Shown: in pieces, positions 31,704 through 43,264 of the stretch | Layout: each line of letters starts with the position of its first letter | Position numbering within the stretch: the stretch's first letter is position 1 | From: Nitrososphaerales archaeon | GTDB taxonomy: Archaea > Thermoproteota > Nitrososphaeria > Nitrososphaerales > UBA213 | DNA length: 64,000 nucleotides | Assembly (NCBI GenBank): GCA_965197925.1 | Contig: CBDAOC010000019.1 | Coordinates: 448,001 to 512,000 of the forward strand | Reading direction: 5' to 3' | Program-made: the position numbers and the translations under genes | The notes under the pieces: generated by a model | Told to the model about the DNA's origin: nothing | What the model saw: the letters and a program-made list of their open reading frames with translations, nothing else | The model's database searches: none

Positions 31704-34118
31704 TTATTTGAAGGGGGTAGTATAATAAAAATCGTGATTGGATTTTCTCATCCCAATGTTAATCTTCTGCTTCTGGGTCAAAGTATTGCATGAGGGACAT
31801 CTATTGCCTTTAGAACTGTAGAATGTTGCTGACCAGTAACATGATGGGCACAATAGAAAACAAGTCAACCTCCTTCTGCTGGTAGTAATATTAATCAATA
31901 CAGATCCCTCTACCTCAATTTCTCCTCAATTTGAGCTCGAAGGATTTCCCGTAACCTATTACGTATAGGATCTACCCCTCTCTTATACAGGTATAGTGCT
32001 AACATGTTTTCTTCCGCTAACAAGTCTATTACCGACAAATTTTGATAAACCCTTCTCATCTCTTCAACTATCATCAATTATGCTTGATTCAGGCTTCATA
32101 TCATCACCTTAACTGCCGTGTAACATTTAGTTTGCAATGATCCACATCTGAGACATCGATTATTTTACCAACACAATTTTCATCTTCAGCTTCAATAATC
32201 TCAAACTTACCATTTCTCTTATACCTTATGCTGGCCTTAACCTGCTGTCCTCCGACCCTGACAACACACCATGATGATTCTTTCATTGTATATTTTATAT
32301 AATTACAGATTGAAGTACCTTGCCTTTGACCGTTCAGAAATTAATTGAACGCTTGTATGTATTTATTGGTTTCATAATCATGTTAATTTCTTTTCACATT
32401 TATTACTAAAATTGCCCACTTGAGAAGTATAGTTGACATGAGAGAAACATCCTCTTCTAGTTATGTAGGGAATGAAAGTGGTTTTTCTCTGTTAAAGTTA
32501 AATGTTTACTCGAACCAGGGTTATTAGTTGTAAAGCAAGATTGGAAAGAATCTAAGGTTGAATCTTGTTTCCTTGCTTCTTCTAGGACTTCCTTTTGTTT
32601 GGCATCAGAAGGTGTAATGTGCTTTGAAACGTAGGTTCTGGCTTCTGGTCCTAGTTCCTTCAATGTCTCCAAAGCTTTCTGGCAGTCTGAACCTAGTTCC
32701 GATTGAAACTCTCAACCTTTAGGTGTTACAATAAACTTTCCAGCACATACTTGTTTCTCTTAGTTTGCTGACTCATTAATCTCCACCATAGCTTTCATAA
32801 CTGAGTATTCATCATTTAGTCTTTCGATAATATTCTTTAGTTCCTCTAATGGGTCATCAAATTCAGTTTCATATTCATAGCCTAGCTGTTCTTTAATAGA
32901 TTGAATAGATTGTCTAACAGATTCAAGTAATTCTTCCTTGGACGCATTCTGTGCATCTAATTCTTCTTTTAGTTGATTAATGCTTTCAACCTTCTCTTCA
33001 ATGAGTGAAGATTAAGCTGCCATTTTCTTGGATTGGGAAGAATTTACACCTAAACACCTTTCAACTTCTAATTTACTCATTAGACTATTCTTGATTAAAA
33101 TAGATGCTAGCTGGAGAAGTCTTTTCTTGATTTCTTTAGTAGTATCAGATTGTAGAATACCATGCCTACCATTGGTTCTGAATCCTTTTACCCTTCCCAA
33201 ACCTATGACAACCTGTACATAGATATCAGGATCGAGTGAGCATGGATCGAACTTTCTACGACTGGCGTTTTTCCCGCAAATGGGGAATACAAGTAAGCTC
33301 ATACCTAGTTTTCATATTCTTACTATTTGATCTTGTCGGTGAAAGTTTTATCACTTTAGTTAGTTAGTAACATATGTTCCTAAGGGTGAGTAACATTATA
33401 AGGTAAAGGTAAGGTATTACCTAGGTATGGTAAAGGTATAGTATAGGGTACCCTATACCCATGGTAAAGGTAAATAAGGTTTGTAAAAAGCCAGTTGCAT
33501 GGCGGGTTCAGATGTTTGTAACACCTATAATTATCATAATTATCCTAATACTATAATTATTATAGTTGATATAAAAAAAGATATATTTATTTGGTTACTC
33601 GACTAACATTACTTGTGACCTTAGCTATCTAACCTAAAACTAAGAAAGAACAGATAGGGTCACTGCTTCATGAAGGTTAGTCAGCGCTGATGACGGTGTT
33701 GACGTAAGTGAAAGTAACGAAAACAATAATATCAAAGCAAAGAAGTACCAGTTTAAAGAAACAACAATCTTTCATTTTTATTTGATAATTGGTCTTCATA
33801 TCCTAAAGGAAATGACATTGTTACCGGAGATGTTTTCTAAATCCTTGACAATAAAGTGTTAATTAGTCAAAATTCCACAATCAAACTTTATCAATTGCTA
33901 CCATTTTACTCAAAAAACTCTATTGATGTCGGACTCGGCCTAACATACCTTTTATTCCTATCCAATTCAGCAAAACCAAATCTGACTAGAAAACTTATGT
34001 TCTTATCCGTTGTTTCTTTAGTTAAATCAAACCTACGTTGAATCTCGCTAATTTCAACCTCACCTTTATTTATTATAGACATCAATATTCCCTCTAGTAA
34101 ATCTATCAAGCCAGTCAC
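31704..34118 (-). other. Cluster of small co-oriented ORFs/pseudogenes, possible remnant of a second integrated element
   Basis: Zn-ribbon 31704-31898, 54-aa ORF 31910-32074, 32104-32286, broken coiled-coil ORF 32457-33010, 33012-33302, wHTH-like 33906-34118. Confidence 0.45.
33402..33566. repeat. Iteron-like repeats and palindromes
   Basis: GGTAAAGGTA at 33402, 33429 and 33463; perfect palindrome GTATAGGGTACCCTATAC 33441-33458; TACCTAGGTA 33418-33427; ATAATTAT x3 at about 33527-33560. Confidence 0.75.
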
Positions 34119-34385
34119 CCCTCAATCCCCTCATACGGTAGGTTTTTGTACTAAATAACCATGTGTGGATAAAATCCATTAATTTTCTATAACACAATCG
34201 TCATAAAATCATGGTAGCAACGTATGTTAGGTAACAAAAACCTAAAGCGGGAGGAATGTTAATGAACTGTTGGAAGGTATCTGAACTTCTATCATATGGT
34301 ATTCTTTCTCATCTCTGTCTTTTAATATAATTGGGATTCTCTCTTTCTGCTTTTGATACTTTGAGCGATGCATACTCTTATTCGT

Positions 34386-34624
34386 ATCAAGTATAATAGA
34401 TTCGATGTCATTCATGACAATAGTTTCTGGATTTCTTGGCCGGAGCACCTCTTGGAATGGAAGAAAAGTTAATACCAGACTCTTGTGCTTTTGTTTTATC
34501 AAAGATCAAGTATAATAGATTCGATGTCATTCATGACAATAGTTTCTGGATTTCTTGGCCGGAGCACCTCTTGGAATGGAAGAAAAGTTAATACCAGACT
34601 CTTGTGTTTGTTTTATCAAAGATC
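34386..34624. repeat. Tandem duplication of about 119 bp
   Basis: ATCAAGTATAATAGATTCG...TTTATCAAAG repeated back to back, differing by a 2-bp indel. Confidence 0.92.
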
Positions 34625-34682
34625 TCTTCATTTAGTTCATCATCTACAGAAATGAGAGTAGATAATTTTCTTGGTACTGATC

Positions 34683-35015
34683 TTAACCTTTTATTTCTTC
34701 TTCCAAAATATCCAATGACTTGAGAAATATCTCCTTACTCCTCTTCATTATCCAGTCAGGGAATTCATTTATTGTAAATACAAATTGTTGTTGAAAGCTT
34801 GGAGGTATGAACCCTCCATGGGTAATTACCTGCACTATGACATAGAAATGCGTAACTGTTGCAACTTCTTCTTCCATAGCATGTTCACTTTCTTCAATAG
34901 ATTGTCTATAAAGAATCAATGGTATACCTGTCTTAGCCGAAATAACACTAGCTTTATGCAACAGATCTTTGAATCTGGTTATGAGCCATTCATCTAAAGT
35001 TACTTGTTTCTTCAT
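34683..35015 (-). CDS. Hypothetical protein
   Basis: Intact 110-aa ORF. Confidence 0.65.
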   Translation of the reverse strand: MKKQVTLDEWLITRFKDLLHKASVISAKTGIPLILYRQSIEESEHAMEEEVATVTHFYVIVQVITHGGFIPPSFQQQFVFTINEFPDWIMKRSKEIFLKSLDILEEEIKG

Positions 35016-35134
35016 ACAACATCACTATACTATTAATTATATAATAGCAAGATGACAAATATTCTTTACCTTTTGTTATCCGCACTGAATAATCTTCCCA
35101 TGATCTCTGTAGGACTTTAGCATTTAGATATATT

Positions 35135-36010
35135 GAAGTCATCCCAATACTCTCCAATACATCATAATCGACGAAATGATAACAAATGCCAGATAGTTTT
35201 GTGCATTCTTCTCATATCTGATCCTGGTTCTGTGGAACCCATTCTTCAACCAGGCAAAGAATCTCTCCACAACATAGCGCGTCTTGCCGTATAGGTATTG
35301 TTCTGTATTATCATTTTGTTGTTGTGTCTTACTGTTTTTTCTGTAAGGTATGCAGTCAGAGATTTTTCTTTTGGTGAGGTATTTCCTGATGAATTCTGCA
35401 TCATAGCCCTTGTCTGCTTGGCACCGCGCAATTTTTCTGATAGATCTCTCATCCAGATATTGTGAGATGCCATCCATCACGTCTACAAATCTGGGAGTCA
35501 TGCTGATTTGCAGGACATTACTACTGAGACTGGCAGTCCGTTTTGTTCCACCGCAACGTGTATTTTTGTGCCTGAAATCCTGTTGAATCCGTTGTATCCT
35601 ATGACGCTTCCCCTTTTTTGGCCGGAATTGATGACGAATCGACCGTTTTTTGCAGCTGCATCTTGCCTGATCTGTGGGCTGATTTGACTGCAGCGGAGAG
35701 GATATTCTTCCATATTCCACGTCGCTGCCAGTTCTGCAGTCTGCGGTGCGCAGTTGATTTGGAGCCGTACCTTTGTGACATCCCAGTCCACCTGCATCCT
35801 GTTATCCCGACAAACAGGATTCCGTTGACTGTCTTTCTGTCGTCTGCCCTTGGCCTTCCGGTTCTGGCTGGCTTGGGGAGATGCGGTGATATCATCTTCC
35901 ATTGTTCACCTGTTATCTCCTGAAATTTCATGTTCTGCTACAGGCAGCATTGCAAATAGATCCAAATGATCGTCAATTATTCACTAAATGATCAGTTTTG
36001 GGATCAGTTG
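35135..36010 (-). mobile_element. IS5-family (IS427-like) element, divergent relative of the 7511/44720 copies, frameshifted
   Basis: TGCRW, AAAAAAGGGG slippery site, ADKGYD, VVERFFAWLKNGF; imperfect ends GAAGTCATCCCAATAC / GTTTTGGGATCAGTTG. Confidence 0.88.
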
Positions 36011-37300
36011 ATTAATTTCCTGCACTTCATACACCAAAGGAATGGGATCGTTAAGTTTTTCCCAAACAAATATTTGTATTTTGAATATCCCTTTTGTTTC
36101 AGGGATCCATGACTGTTGAACATCTGACGTCTCTTCAGCTGCCAGCCTTCCCATTACCCAGTTGAATGATTCCGTTATATCTGTTGAATTATTTATTAAA
36201 GTAATGTATACATATCGTTGTGGTAATTTTAGAACGCTTGTTAGTTTCGAATGAATGACAACTTCATCCCCCACGTTAATCTCTGGAACTTCAGACCCCT
36301 TGGAGTTAATTAAGCGTCTCCGAAATATGTAAAGATTCATCATAATTTGGTCTAACATTAATCGACATATGCTTTCTGCTATCTAAGATAGAAAATGTAA
36401 TATTATATGTTCCATATCGGATCAATTTGTCAAGCTTAAATTTATAACTAAATTGCCCAAATTGCTCTACCACAATATCATCAGTCAAGTAAGGTTGTTT
36501 ATTGGGACCGAAAACCACTATTGACAAAGGCTGCTGTAGAAAAACAGGTTTGATTGACCCTGTAATTCTAACTGTATCCCAGTGTCAAAATCGGTCAACT
36601 TTGTCAAAGCATTAATCGCAATTGAAGGATCTTCTGAAGGATCTCCCACAATTATTTTCCCTATCATCCATGGATGTATGGTGCAAAAATAGGGAAATAT
36701 ATCAGAAAAATCAAATTTATGCTCAAAAGTTCCCTTTGGACTTATAAAGGGAAATCCTGAATCAAATAGGACCCCATAATCAGCACGATCAGGAACACCG
36801 CTTGTTATACTGTGACTAATAATATCCTTGTTAGCCCATACAACTGTAGTTCCCCTTGTAACGGAAAGTACTTTAGGACCAAAAGATTTCTTTGAATTCT
36901 CTAGACCTGCGCCGTATTGAATTACCACATCAACTTGATTTAGTGTTCGTCCAAGTTGAAATGATGTTTGGGCAAACCCTCCGGCGTGCACAGCCTTGAC
37001 TGTATAAATACCAGTTACGGCTTTACTTTCTTCTATTATGAATTTATAAGAGTATTTTCCAAAAATGGTAGCTAAATCAATTATTTTATACAAATCGCCA
37101 TTAGGATCTATAACGGAGATTTTCACAGGAGAATCGTTAGTAAGGTTTGATGTACTTCCCTGTATAACTATCTCTTCTCCTTTCTCATACAACTCCTCTT
37201 CCACTAATATAGTCACAACTGTGCTACCAGAACTAAACTCTAATGGGAGAAGCAATGATAGAATGAGAATAGAGCTTAGTAATACAAATGAACTTTGAAT
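36011..37300 (-). pseudogene. Exported cupredoxin (plastocyanin-like) domain protein, split into three frames
   Basis: GTTVVWAN.D...HSITSG and YFCTIHPWMIG type-1 Cu ligands; fragments 36518-37255, 36306-36527, 35984-36358; 3' end abuts the IS. Confidence 0.8.
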
Positions 37301-37568
37301 TAACTATCACCTCTTCGCCGTTGACCTTGTCCATAATTTAAATGAGTATTCTGGAAATAATTACAGCATTGTAAAAATAAGATATTTGTATAGCACAATA
37401 TAAGTATCAGACTCCTAATACAGTTGAATTATTGTACTTCATCGTAAAAGCATTGTGTAACTTATAAGCTATATAAGGTATCTTTTCAAGTAATGGTAAC
37501 AAGTCTGTATCTACCATTACATAACACAAAAATAAGAATCGGTAAGTTGTCTATGGTGATAGGGTTAA

Positions 37569-38360
37569 TTGATATCTCTCATTAAGCTCTTCTTGCGACT
37601 CGGCCGCATTTACACCCTCTATGAATGGTATCTAAAGAATCAATTCGATCAGGAAAGAATACCAAAGCACATTGGGTTTATAATCGATGGAAATAGACGG
37701 TGGGCCAGAACCAATATGCTAAGTAAATTGGATGCATATACTTTAGGAGCGAACAAATTGGAAGAAGTTCTTGACTGGTGCCTAGATATCAATGTTCAAT
37801 CAGTGACTGTGTACGTTCTTTCGACTGAGAACTTCACTAGAAAGACAGAGGATATCCAGGCTTTGTATAAGGTGTTGGAAGAGAGGTTGAAAAGATTATA
37901 TCATGACAAAAGGGTGTATGAGAAACAAATAAGAATAAAGGTTATTGGAAAGGTAGAACTGCTACCTGATAAAATTATCAAACATATCCGTGTCTTAGAA
38001 GATTTAACAAGGGATTATGATAGACATTACCTCAACATTGCTCTTGCATACGGGGGTAGAGCAGAAATCGTAGAGTCTGTGAAAACAATTGCAGGGCAGA
38101 TTGCCAAGGGTGAGATTGATGTTAATAAGATCACTGAACAGATTGTTGCGCAAAACCTTTACACCTACCACTTACCCAATCCAGATCCAGATTTGATAAT
38201 AAGAACTTCAGGAGAAGCAAGGCTAAGTGGTTTCCTCCTCTGGCAGTCTGCCTACAGTGAACTGGTATTTGTTGATACTTTCTGGCCCGAATTCAGAAAG
38301 ATAGATTTGATGAGAACAATAAGGACTTATCAAGCCAGACAGAGAAGGTATGGTAAATAG
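37569..38360 (+). CDS. uppS: cis-Prenyltransferase (polyprenyl diphosphate synthase)
   Basis: IIDGNRRWA, STENF, YGGR, IRTSGEARLSGFLLWQ. Confidence 0.96.
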   Translation: MISLIKLFLRLGRIYTLYEWYLKNQFDQERIPKHIGFIIDGNRRWARTNMLSKLDAYTLGANKLEEVLDWCLDINVQSVTVYVLSTENFTRKTEDIQALYKVLEERLKRLYHDKRVYEKQIRIKVIGKVELLPDKIIKHIRVLEDLTRDYDRHYLNIALAYGGRAEIVESVKTIAGQIAKGEIDVNKITEQIVAQNLYTYHLPNPDPDLIIRTSGEARLSGFLLWQSAYSELVFVDTFWPEFRKIDLMRTIRTYQARQRRYGK

Positions 38361-38435
38361 CTTTCATGATAGAACATTCATTTTAAAATAGCTAAACAAG
38401 AACATAGGTTATAATACCTCTTTCATACGAATGTG

Positions 38436-39227
38436 TCACTTTTCTAAAACTTTTATTACTTTCTCATATTCCTTGAGTGTATTGATGGGTATCCACTTGC
38501 TGCTTGCAATAAAGAAACCTGAAAGTTTGCGTTCATTAGCCAATATTGGAAGAACGCCGGACTCCAACTCTACTGCGTCAATATCTTCCAAGTCAATCGC
38601 ATATTCGATAATTTCGTAGACCGCGGGCTCAAAGATGTAGATACCAATTGATGTTGGTTTGTGTATGAGTGGTTTCTCTTTGAAACCTAGGATCAATCCA
38701 TTGGGATCTACGCTTGCTTCCCCATATGGATATTCTGTACCAGGAACTAATACTATTGAACCTATACAACTACGGTGTATTACCGAGTCAAGATGAGACT
38801 TCAAAAAACGAGAGAAAATGTCTTTTTCTAATACAACATCATCAGGAAATAATATTAAACTCCTCTTTGTTCTATCAAATTTGTGGCTTTTTAATGCTTG
38901 TTTTATTGCTTTTCCCTTGCCCCAGTCGACATTTCCAATAGGATCAATACTAAATTCCGCCTGAATACCGTATTTTGAACCGTCGCCAATATGTTCCATC
39001 ACTAACTCGTGCTTGTGACCAACGAGGAATACAAATTGCTTAAATCCTTCCTTCGTTAAAGACTCAATTGTTCTATCAATCAACTTTTTTCCAGAAATTT
39101 CAAGAAGACATTTTGGTATGTCTATTCCCATCCTCTTTGCTTTTCCACCTGCTACGACTATAACCTGAGTCTTGTCTATTTCGTACTGCAACTTGCTAAA
39201 TTCCAGAATTAACCTCCTCCTTGACAA
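38436..39227 (-). CDS. Sugar-phosphate nucleotidyltransferase
   Basis: VAGGKAKRM...PKCLL, FKEKP; true start may be slightly downstream. Confidence 0.88.
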   Translation of the reverse strand: MSRRRLILEFSKLQYEIDKTQVIVVAGGKAKRMGIDIPKCLLEISGKKLIDRTIESLTKEGFKQFVFLVGHKHELVMEHIGDGSKYGIQAEFSIDPIGNVDWGKGKAIKQALKSHKFDRTKRSLILFPDDVVLEKDIFSRFLKSHLDSVIHRSCIGSIVLVPGTEYPYGEASVDPNGLILGFKEKPLIHKPTSIGIYIFEPAVYEIIEYAIDLEDIDAVELESGVLPILANERKLSGFFIASSKWIPINTLKEYEKVIKVLEK

Positions 39228-40262
39228 ATCCGAACCTTTTCATGAATTCTATATTACTCACAGCAGAAGCGTCAATCTCTTTTGCCAATGCAAGATAAAC
39301 ACTAGTAAAGTCACCTAAATAGCTTAAGGAAAGAAGCCTAGAGAGTTCAGATCTTCCTTCCCTCCAATACTCGCAAATCTTTGCCCCTTTTTGCTGGATC
39401 ATATATTCTGCAAGCATTAATTTTTTCTTGAAGACCTACTTCGTGTTCATAAATTAAATCTCTAAGTAAAATAAGCGCATAGTTTCCGTGTACATTTCCG
39501 ACCGAATCCCACGCCTCTATTTCATTATGAAGGAGTTCAGGAAAGATATCGTAGTAGCAATGAACCTTCGAATTTTCATTAAACTGTTGTTTCCATCGAA
39601 TTGCGACGCTATCTGTAAAATTCTGTTCCCCATAAACAATTGGGAATCTTCCTAGAAGTTCAAACGCAAGCGAGCGTGCAACATTTTTCGCTACGGGAAT
39701 CTCAGGCCCGCATTTTTCTTTGATATTGTTCAACACTTCTACAGTCTCAACCACATCATTCTCCACCCCCTTTAGAATACCTATTTTTTCCAGCATAAGT
39801 AAAATTGGAATCAACATGTATCCAAGTGATGCTCTACTATGCCCATTCTGTGGAACAGTCAAACACGGTATATGTCCCTCATAACATGAAGTTTTAACGC
39901 CTCTCCACCTGTCACTACAATAGTCTTCGCTCCAGCATGCTTACAGGACCATAAAGTGTCTAATGTCTCACGAGTTTTACCTGAGTAGGTTGCACCAATG
40001 ACAAGGCTATTTTCGTCAATATAAGAGGTGGAAGAAGATGTTTGTTTACATAAAGAGGTATTCTTGAATTTCGTAACAATACACGCATAAAGTCACCTAC
40101 TATACCAGAACCTCCCATTTCGCGAACAACAAGATTAGAAATTTTATCATAATTGAAACAAAGATCTAGCTCTTTTTTCATCTTTAACACTTCTAAGACC
40201 TGCGTTGGGAAATTCAATACTCTATCTAACATATCAGATTTTTCGACTGAAGCTAGTGTCAT
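39196..40262 (-). pseudogene. Bifunctional phosphoglucose/phosphomannose isomerase, multiply frameshifted
   Basis: MGGSGIVGD, RASLGY, RWKQQFNENSK, PELLHNEIE, GDFTSVYLA spread over several frames. Confidence 0.88.
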
Positions 40263-41147
40263 TATATGGTATGCTAGTGTGATAAAGCAAATAAACATCT
40301 ATGGACAATCGGAACCAATTTTCCGTATTTTAGATTGAGTAACATTGATTACATATAAAATTATATTTTTTTCTAGATCAATATTGCTTATTATATAAGC
40401 CGTGGTTCAATAGAATAATTCACAGAGAAAAGGGCTAGATATTGTGTCCAGTGAAACAAATCCTAAATAAATTCATAGGGTAAAGTAGTTACTTGTGTTC
40501 TCACGTTATTAGAGCGAAATACCATCTTCAAAGCATACGAGGAGGTCTGATAATTTTTCTTCTGAAGAATTTGTAACTAACCTTCTCCTCCACCAACACT
40601 TACTAACCCTGATTTCTTCCACCTGGCTTTATTTCTAATAATCGATTTGTCTCTAAATAATATTAATTTCTTGCGTGTAAATAAGATATTATACCAAAAT
40701 GTTTCCATTCTTGGGTATAACCCTATCCTTCAATGATAACATCGCTCCTGTAAGAAGTTAAACCTCCGAATACTCTCAACTATGTGATTTTTCGGGTTGA
40801 TTTCTCAATCATGAAAGTTATCAATATATTCAGGGCCTTCCAAATGGTATTTCTCTATAGTATAAGAAAAAAAATACATAATCAATTACAACAATAGCAA
40901 GATCATTCTATTAATCTAAACAAATCAGAGATTATCACAAAACAAGAGGAAATTTTTGAATAAACTACATCCTTTACAACAATGAGATTTAATTTAATTT
41001 AATATAACACAAGTTACATGCTACAGATACGGGTTCTGTCGGGTTAACGGGTGCTGGGATTTCAGGCATTTGGAACCGGATATCTGTACCTTATAATACC
41101 TAAAGGTACAAAGGAGGATTTATAATCTCTGCAAACACGCATCAGAC

Positions 41148-41246
41148 ATGATCAAAACACCATCATGGACAGACGAAGAACTAAAGAAAGCTGCAGCAGT
41201 AATCAAGGATTTTAAAGCAGGAAAAGTCAAGGTTCTAACAGAATAA
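41148..41246 (+). CDS. 32-aa micro-ORF
   Basis: MIKTPSWTDEELKKAAAVIKDFKAGKVKVLTE; TTTATAA about 25 nt upstream. Confidence 0.45.
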   Translation: MIKTPSWTDEELKKAAAVIKDFKAGKVKVLTE

Positions 41247-41256
41247 TTTCAAAGGT

Positions 41257-41427
41257 ATGGCTGACAATTACAGGATACCGGACAGTATCAACTATAACGG
41301 TTCCAAAGATTTCAAAGCAATCATTCACGAGTATGTGGAAAACAAAGAAAAATGTCCTGAACCCAACATTTGTAGGAACGATCATGAGATTGGGAAAGTT
41401 TACATCCCTCAAGAGGATGCTGTATGA
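41257..41427 (+). CDS. 56-aa micro-ORF
   Basis: MADNYRIPDSIN...IPQEDAV; ATGA overlap with the next ORF. Confidence 0.55.
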   Translation: MADNYRIPDSINYNGSKDFKAIIHEYVENKEKCPEPNICRNDHEIGKVYIPQEDAV

Positions 41428-41567
41428 GCATGAAAGTTGAAGGTGCGTATTGGAAACATGAATGTAATCGATGCGGTGAGATTTGGTACAGCAGGAACGA
41501 ATCCCCAAAGAACTGCAACAACAAGAAATGTAACTCGCCATACTGGAACAAGAAACGTGTAAGGTGA
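41424..41567 (+). CDS. 47-aa Zn-ribbon protein
   Basis: CNRCGEIW...PKNCNNKKCNSPYWNKKR. Confidence 0.7.
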   Translation: MSMKVEGAYWKHECNRCGEIWYSRNESPKNCNNKKCNSPYWNKKRVR

Positions 41568-41572
41568 TTTAT

Positions 41573-43264
41573 ATGACAAGGCACAGCAACAAGGCACAGC
41601 AACAAGGCACAGCAACAAGGCACAGCAACAAGGCACAGCAACAAGGCACAGCAACAACAAGGCACAGCAACAAGGCACAGCAACAAGGCACAGCAACAAG
41701 GCACAGCAACAAGGCACAGCAACAAGGCACAGCAACAAGGCACAGCAACAAGGCACAGCAACAAGGCACAGCAACAAGGCACAGCAACAAGGCACAGCAA
41801 CAAGGCACAGCAACAAGGCACAGCAACAAGGCACAGCAACAAGGCACAGCAACAAGGCACAGCAACAAGGCACAGCAACAAGGCACAGCAACAAGGCACA
41901 GCAACAAGGCACAGCAACAAGGCACAGCAACAAGGCACAGCAACAAGGCACAGCAACAAGGCACAGCAACACCTAACTGGGTCAACCGAACACTGTTTCA
42001 TGGGGACAATCTGAATTTTCTTCGTGCCATGAACTCCTGTACTGTAGACCTGATCGCAACCGATCCCCCGTTTAACAAGGGACGTGATTTTCACGCCACA
42101 CCTGACAGTCTTGTCAAAGGTGCGTCATTTCAGGACAGGTGGTCATGGGACAGGGATGTTCATCAGGAATGGGTAGATCAAATTACAGACGATCACCCAA
42201 ACGTCATAAATGTAATTCAGAGATCACGCTCAAGCTATGGCGATGACATGGGAGCGTTTCTATGTTTTATGGCAGTCAGACTGTTGGCCATGAGACGTAT
42301 CCTAAAGGATACAGGGTCGATATATCTGCACTGCGATCCTACAGCATCGCATTATCTGAAGGAACTGATGGATTCCATCTTTAACAGTAGGAACTTTCAA
42401 AATGAGATCATATGGCATTATTATAACATCGCAAACGTTGCCAGAAGACATTTTGGACGCAAGCATGATGTGATATTATTATATTCCAAAAACAAACACG
42501 TCTTTAACTGGGATGATATGCGTGAGCCATACGACAAAAACAGTAATTGGGTAAAACACTATGAATCATACGGGGATGACCGCTACAAACCTGACAAACG
42601 TGGCAAGCTGATGCATGATGTTTGGAGGATGCCTATCAATAACATGGCAAAGGAGCGTACAGGATACCCTACACAGAAACCACTGGCGTTATATGAAAGG
42701 ATGATAAAGGCATCAAGCAAAAAGGGTGATATTGTATTAGACCCATTTGCCGGGTGTGCCACAACCTGTGTAGCTGCAGAGAGACTTGGGAGGCAATGGG
42801 TTGGAATTGACATCTGGGACAAAGCACATGAGACAGTCATAGACAGACTGAAAAAGCAAAATCACCTAAGTATTGATGGTAATCGTAATGATATTCTGTT
42901 TAGCGAGGGTGTCATGACATATACCTCAGAATTGCCCAAAAGAACCGATGGCGGTGAAACTGCATCCCCACACCTAAAGACAAAACAAAATGTGTTGGAA
43001 CCACAGGATAAGAAGATGAGCAGGGCCGAAATGATGCAATACTTGTTAGAACAGCACGGCTACAAGTGTCAGAGATGTGATAGAATGTTTGACGATTCAA
43101 GATATTTGGAGCTTGATCACAACACTCCACGTGCTGACGGTGGAATCAACCACATCTCAAACAGGATATTGTTGTGCAGCCCATGTAACAAGCTAAAAAG
43201 ACACTACTATACGCTGTCAGGTCTGAGACGTGAGAATGTAAGGCATGAATATATGGCAAGATAA
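41573..43264 (+). CDS. Beta-class N6A/N4C DNA methyltransferase fused to a C-terminal HNH nuclease, with an N-terminal repeat tract
   Basis: GDNL, DPPF (motif IV), YPTQKP, LDPFAGCATT (motif I); CQRC...LDHNTPRADGGINHISNRILLCSPCNKLK; AGGTGA SD before ATG 41573. Confidence 0.92.
   Translation: MTRHSNKAQQQGTATRHSNKAQQQGTATTRHSNKAQQQGTATRHSNKAQQQGTATRHSNKAQQQGTATRHSNKAQQQGTATRHSNKAQQQGTATRHSNKAQQQGTATRHSNKAQQQGTATRHSNKAQQQGTATPNWVNRTLFHGDNLNFLRAMNSCTVDLIATDPPFNKGRDFHATPDSLVKGASFQDRWSWDRDVHQEWVDQITDDHPNVINVIQRSRSSYGDDMGAFLCFMAVRLLAMRRILKDTGSIYLHCDPTASHYLKELMDSIFNSRNFQNEIIWHYYNIANVARRHFGRKHDVILLYSKNKHVFNWDDMREPYDKNSNWVKHYESYGDDRYKPDKRGKLMHDVWRMPINNMAKERTGYPTQKPLALYERMIKASSKKGDIVLDPFAGCATTCVAAERLGRQWVGIDIWDKAHETVIDRLKKQNHLSIDGNRNDILFSEGVMTYTSELPKRTDGGETASPHLKTKQNVLEPQDKKMSRAEMMQYLLEQHGYKCQRCDRMFDDSRYLELDHNTPRADGGINHISNRILLCSPCNKLKRHYYTLSGLRRENVRHEYMAR
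41576..41968 (+). repeat. Tandem repeat: 30 x 13 bp ACAAGGCACAGCA plus one 3-nt ACA insertion
   Basis: 6 units (41576-41653), ACA, 24 units (41657-41968); 393 nt in total, in frame. Confidence 0.97.

Noticed and set aside
41576..41968. CRISPR array
   Set aside because: Units are contiguous 13-mers with no unique spacers, and no cas genes are present
41321..42094. Cys/Leu-rich minus-strand ORFs (AVPCCCALLLCLV)n
   Set aside because: Antisense translations of the stop-free tandem repeat
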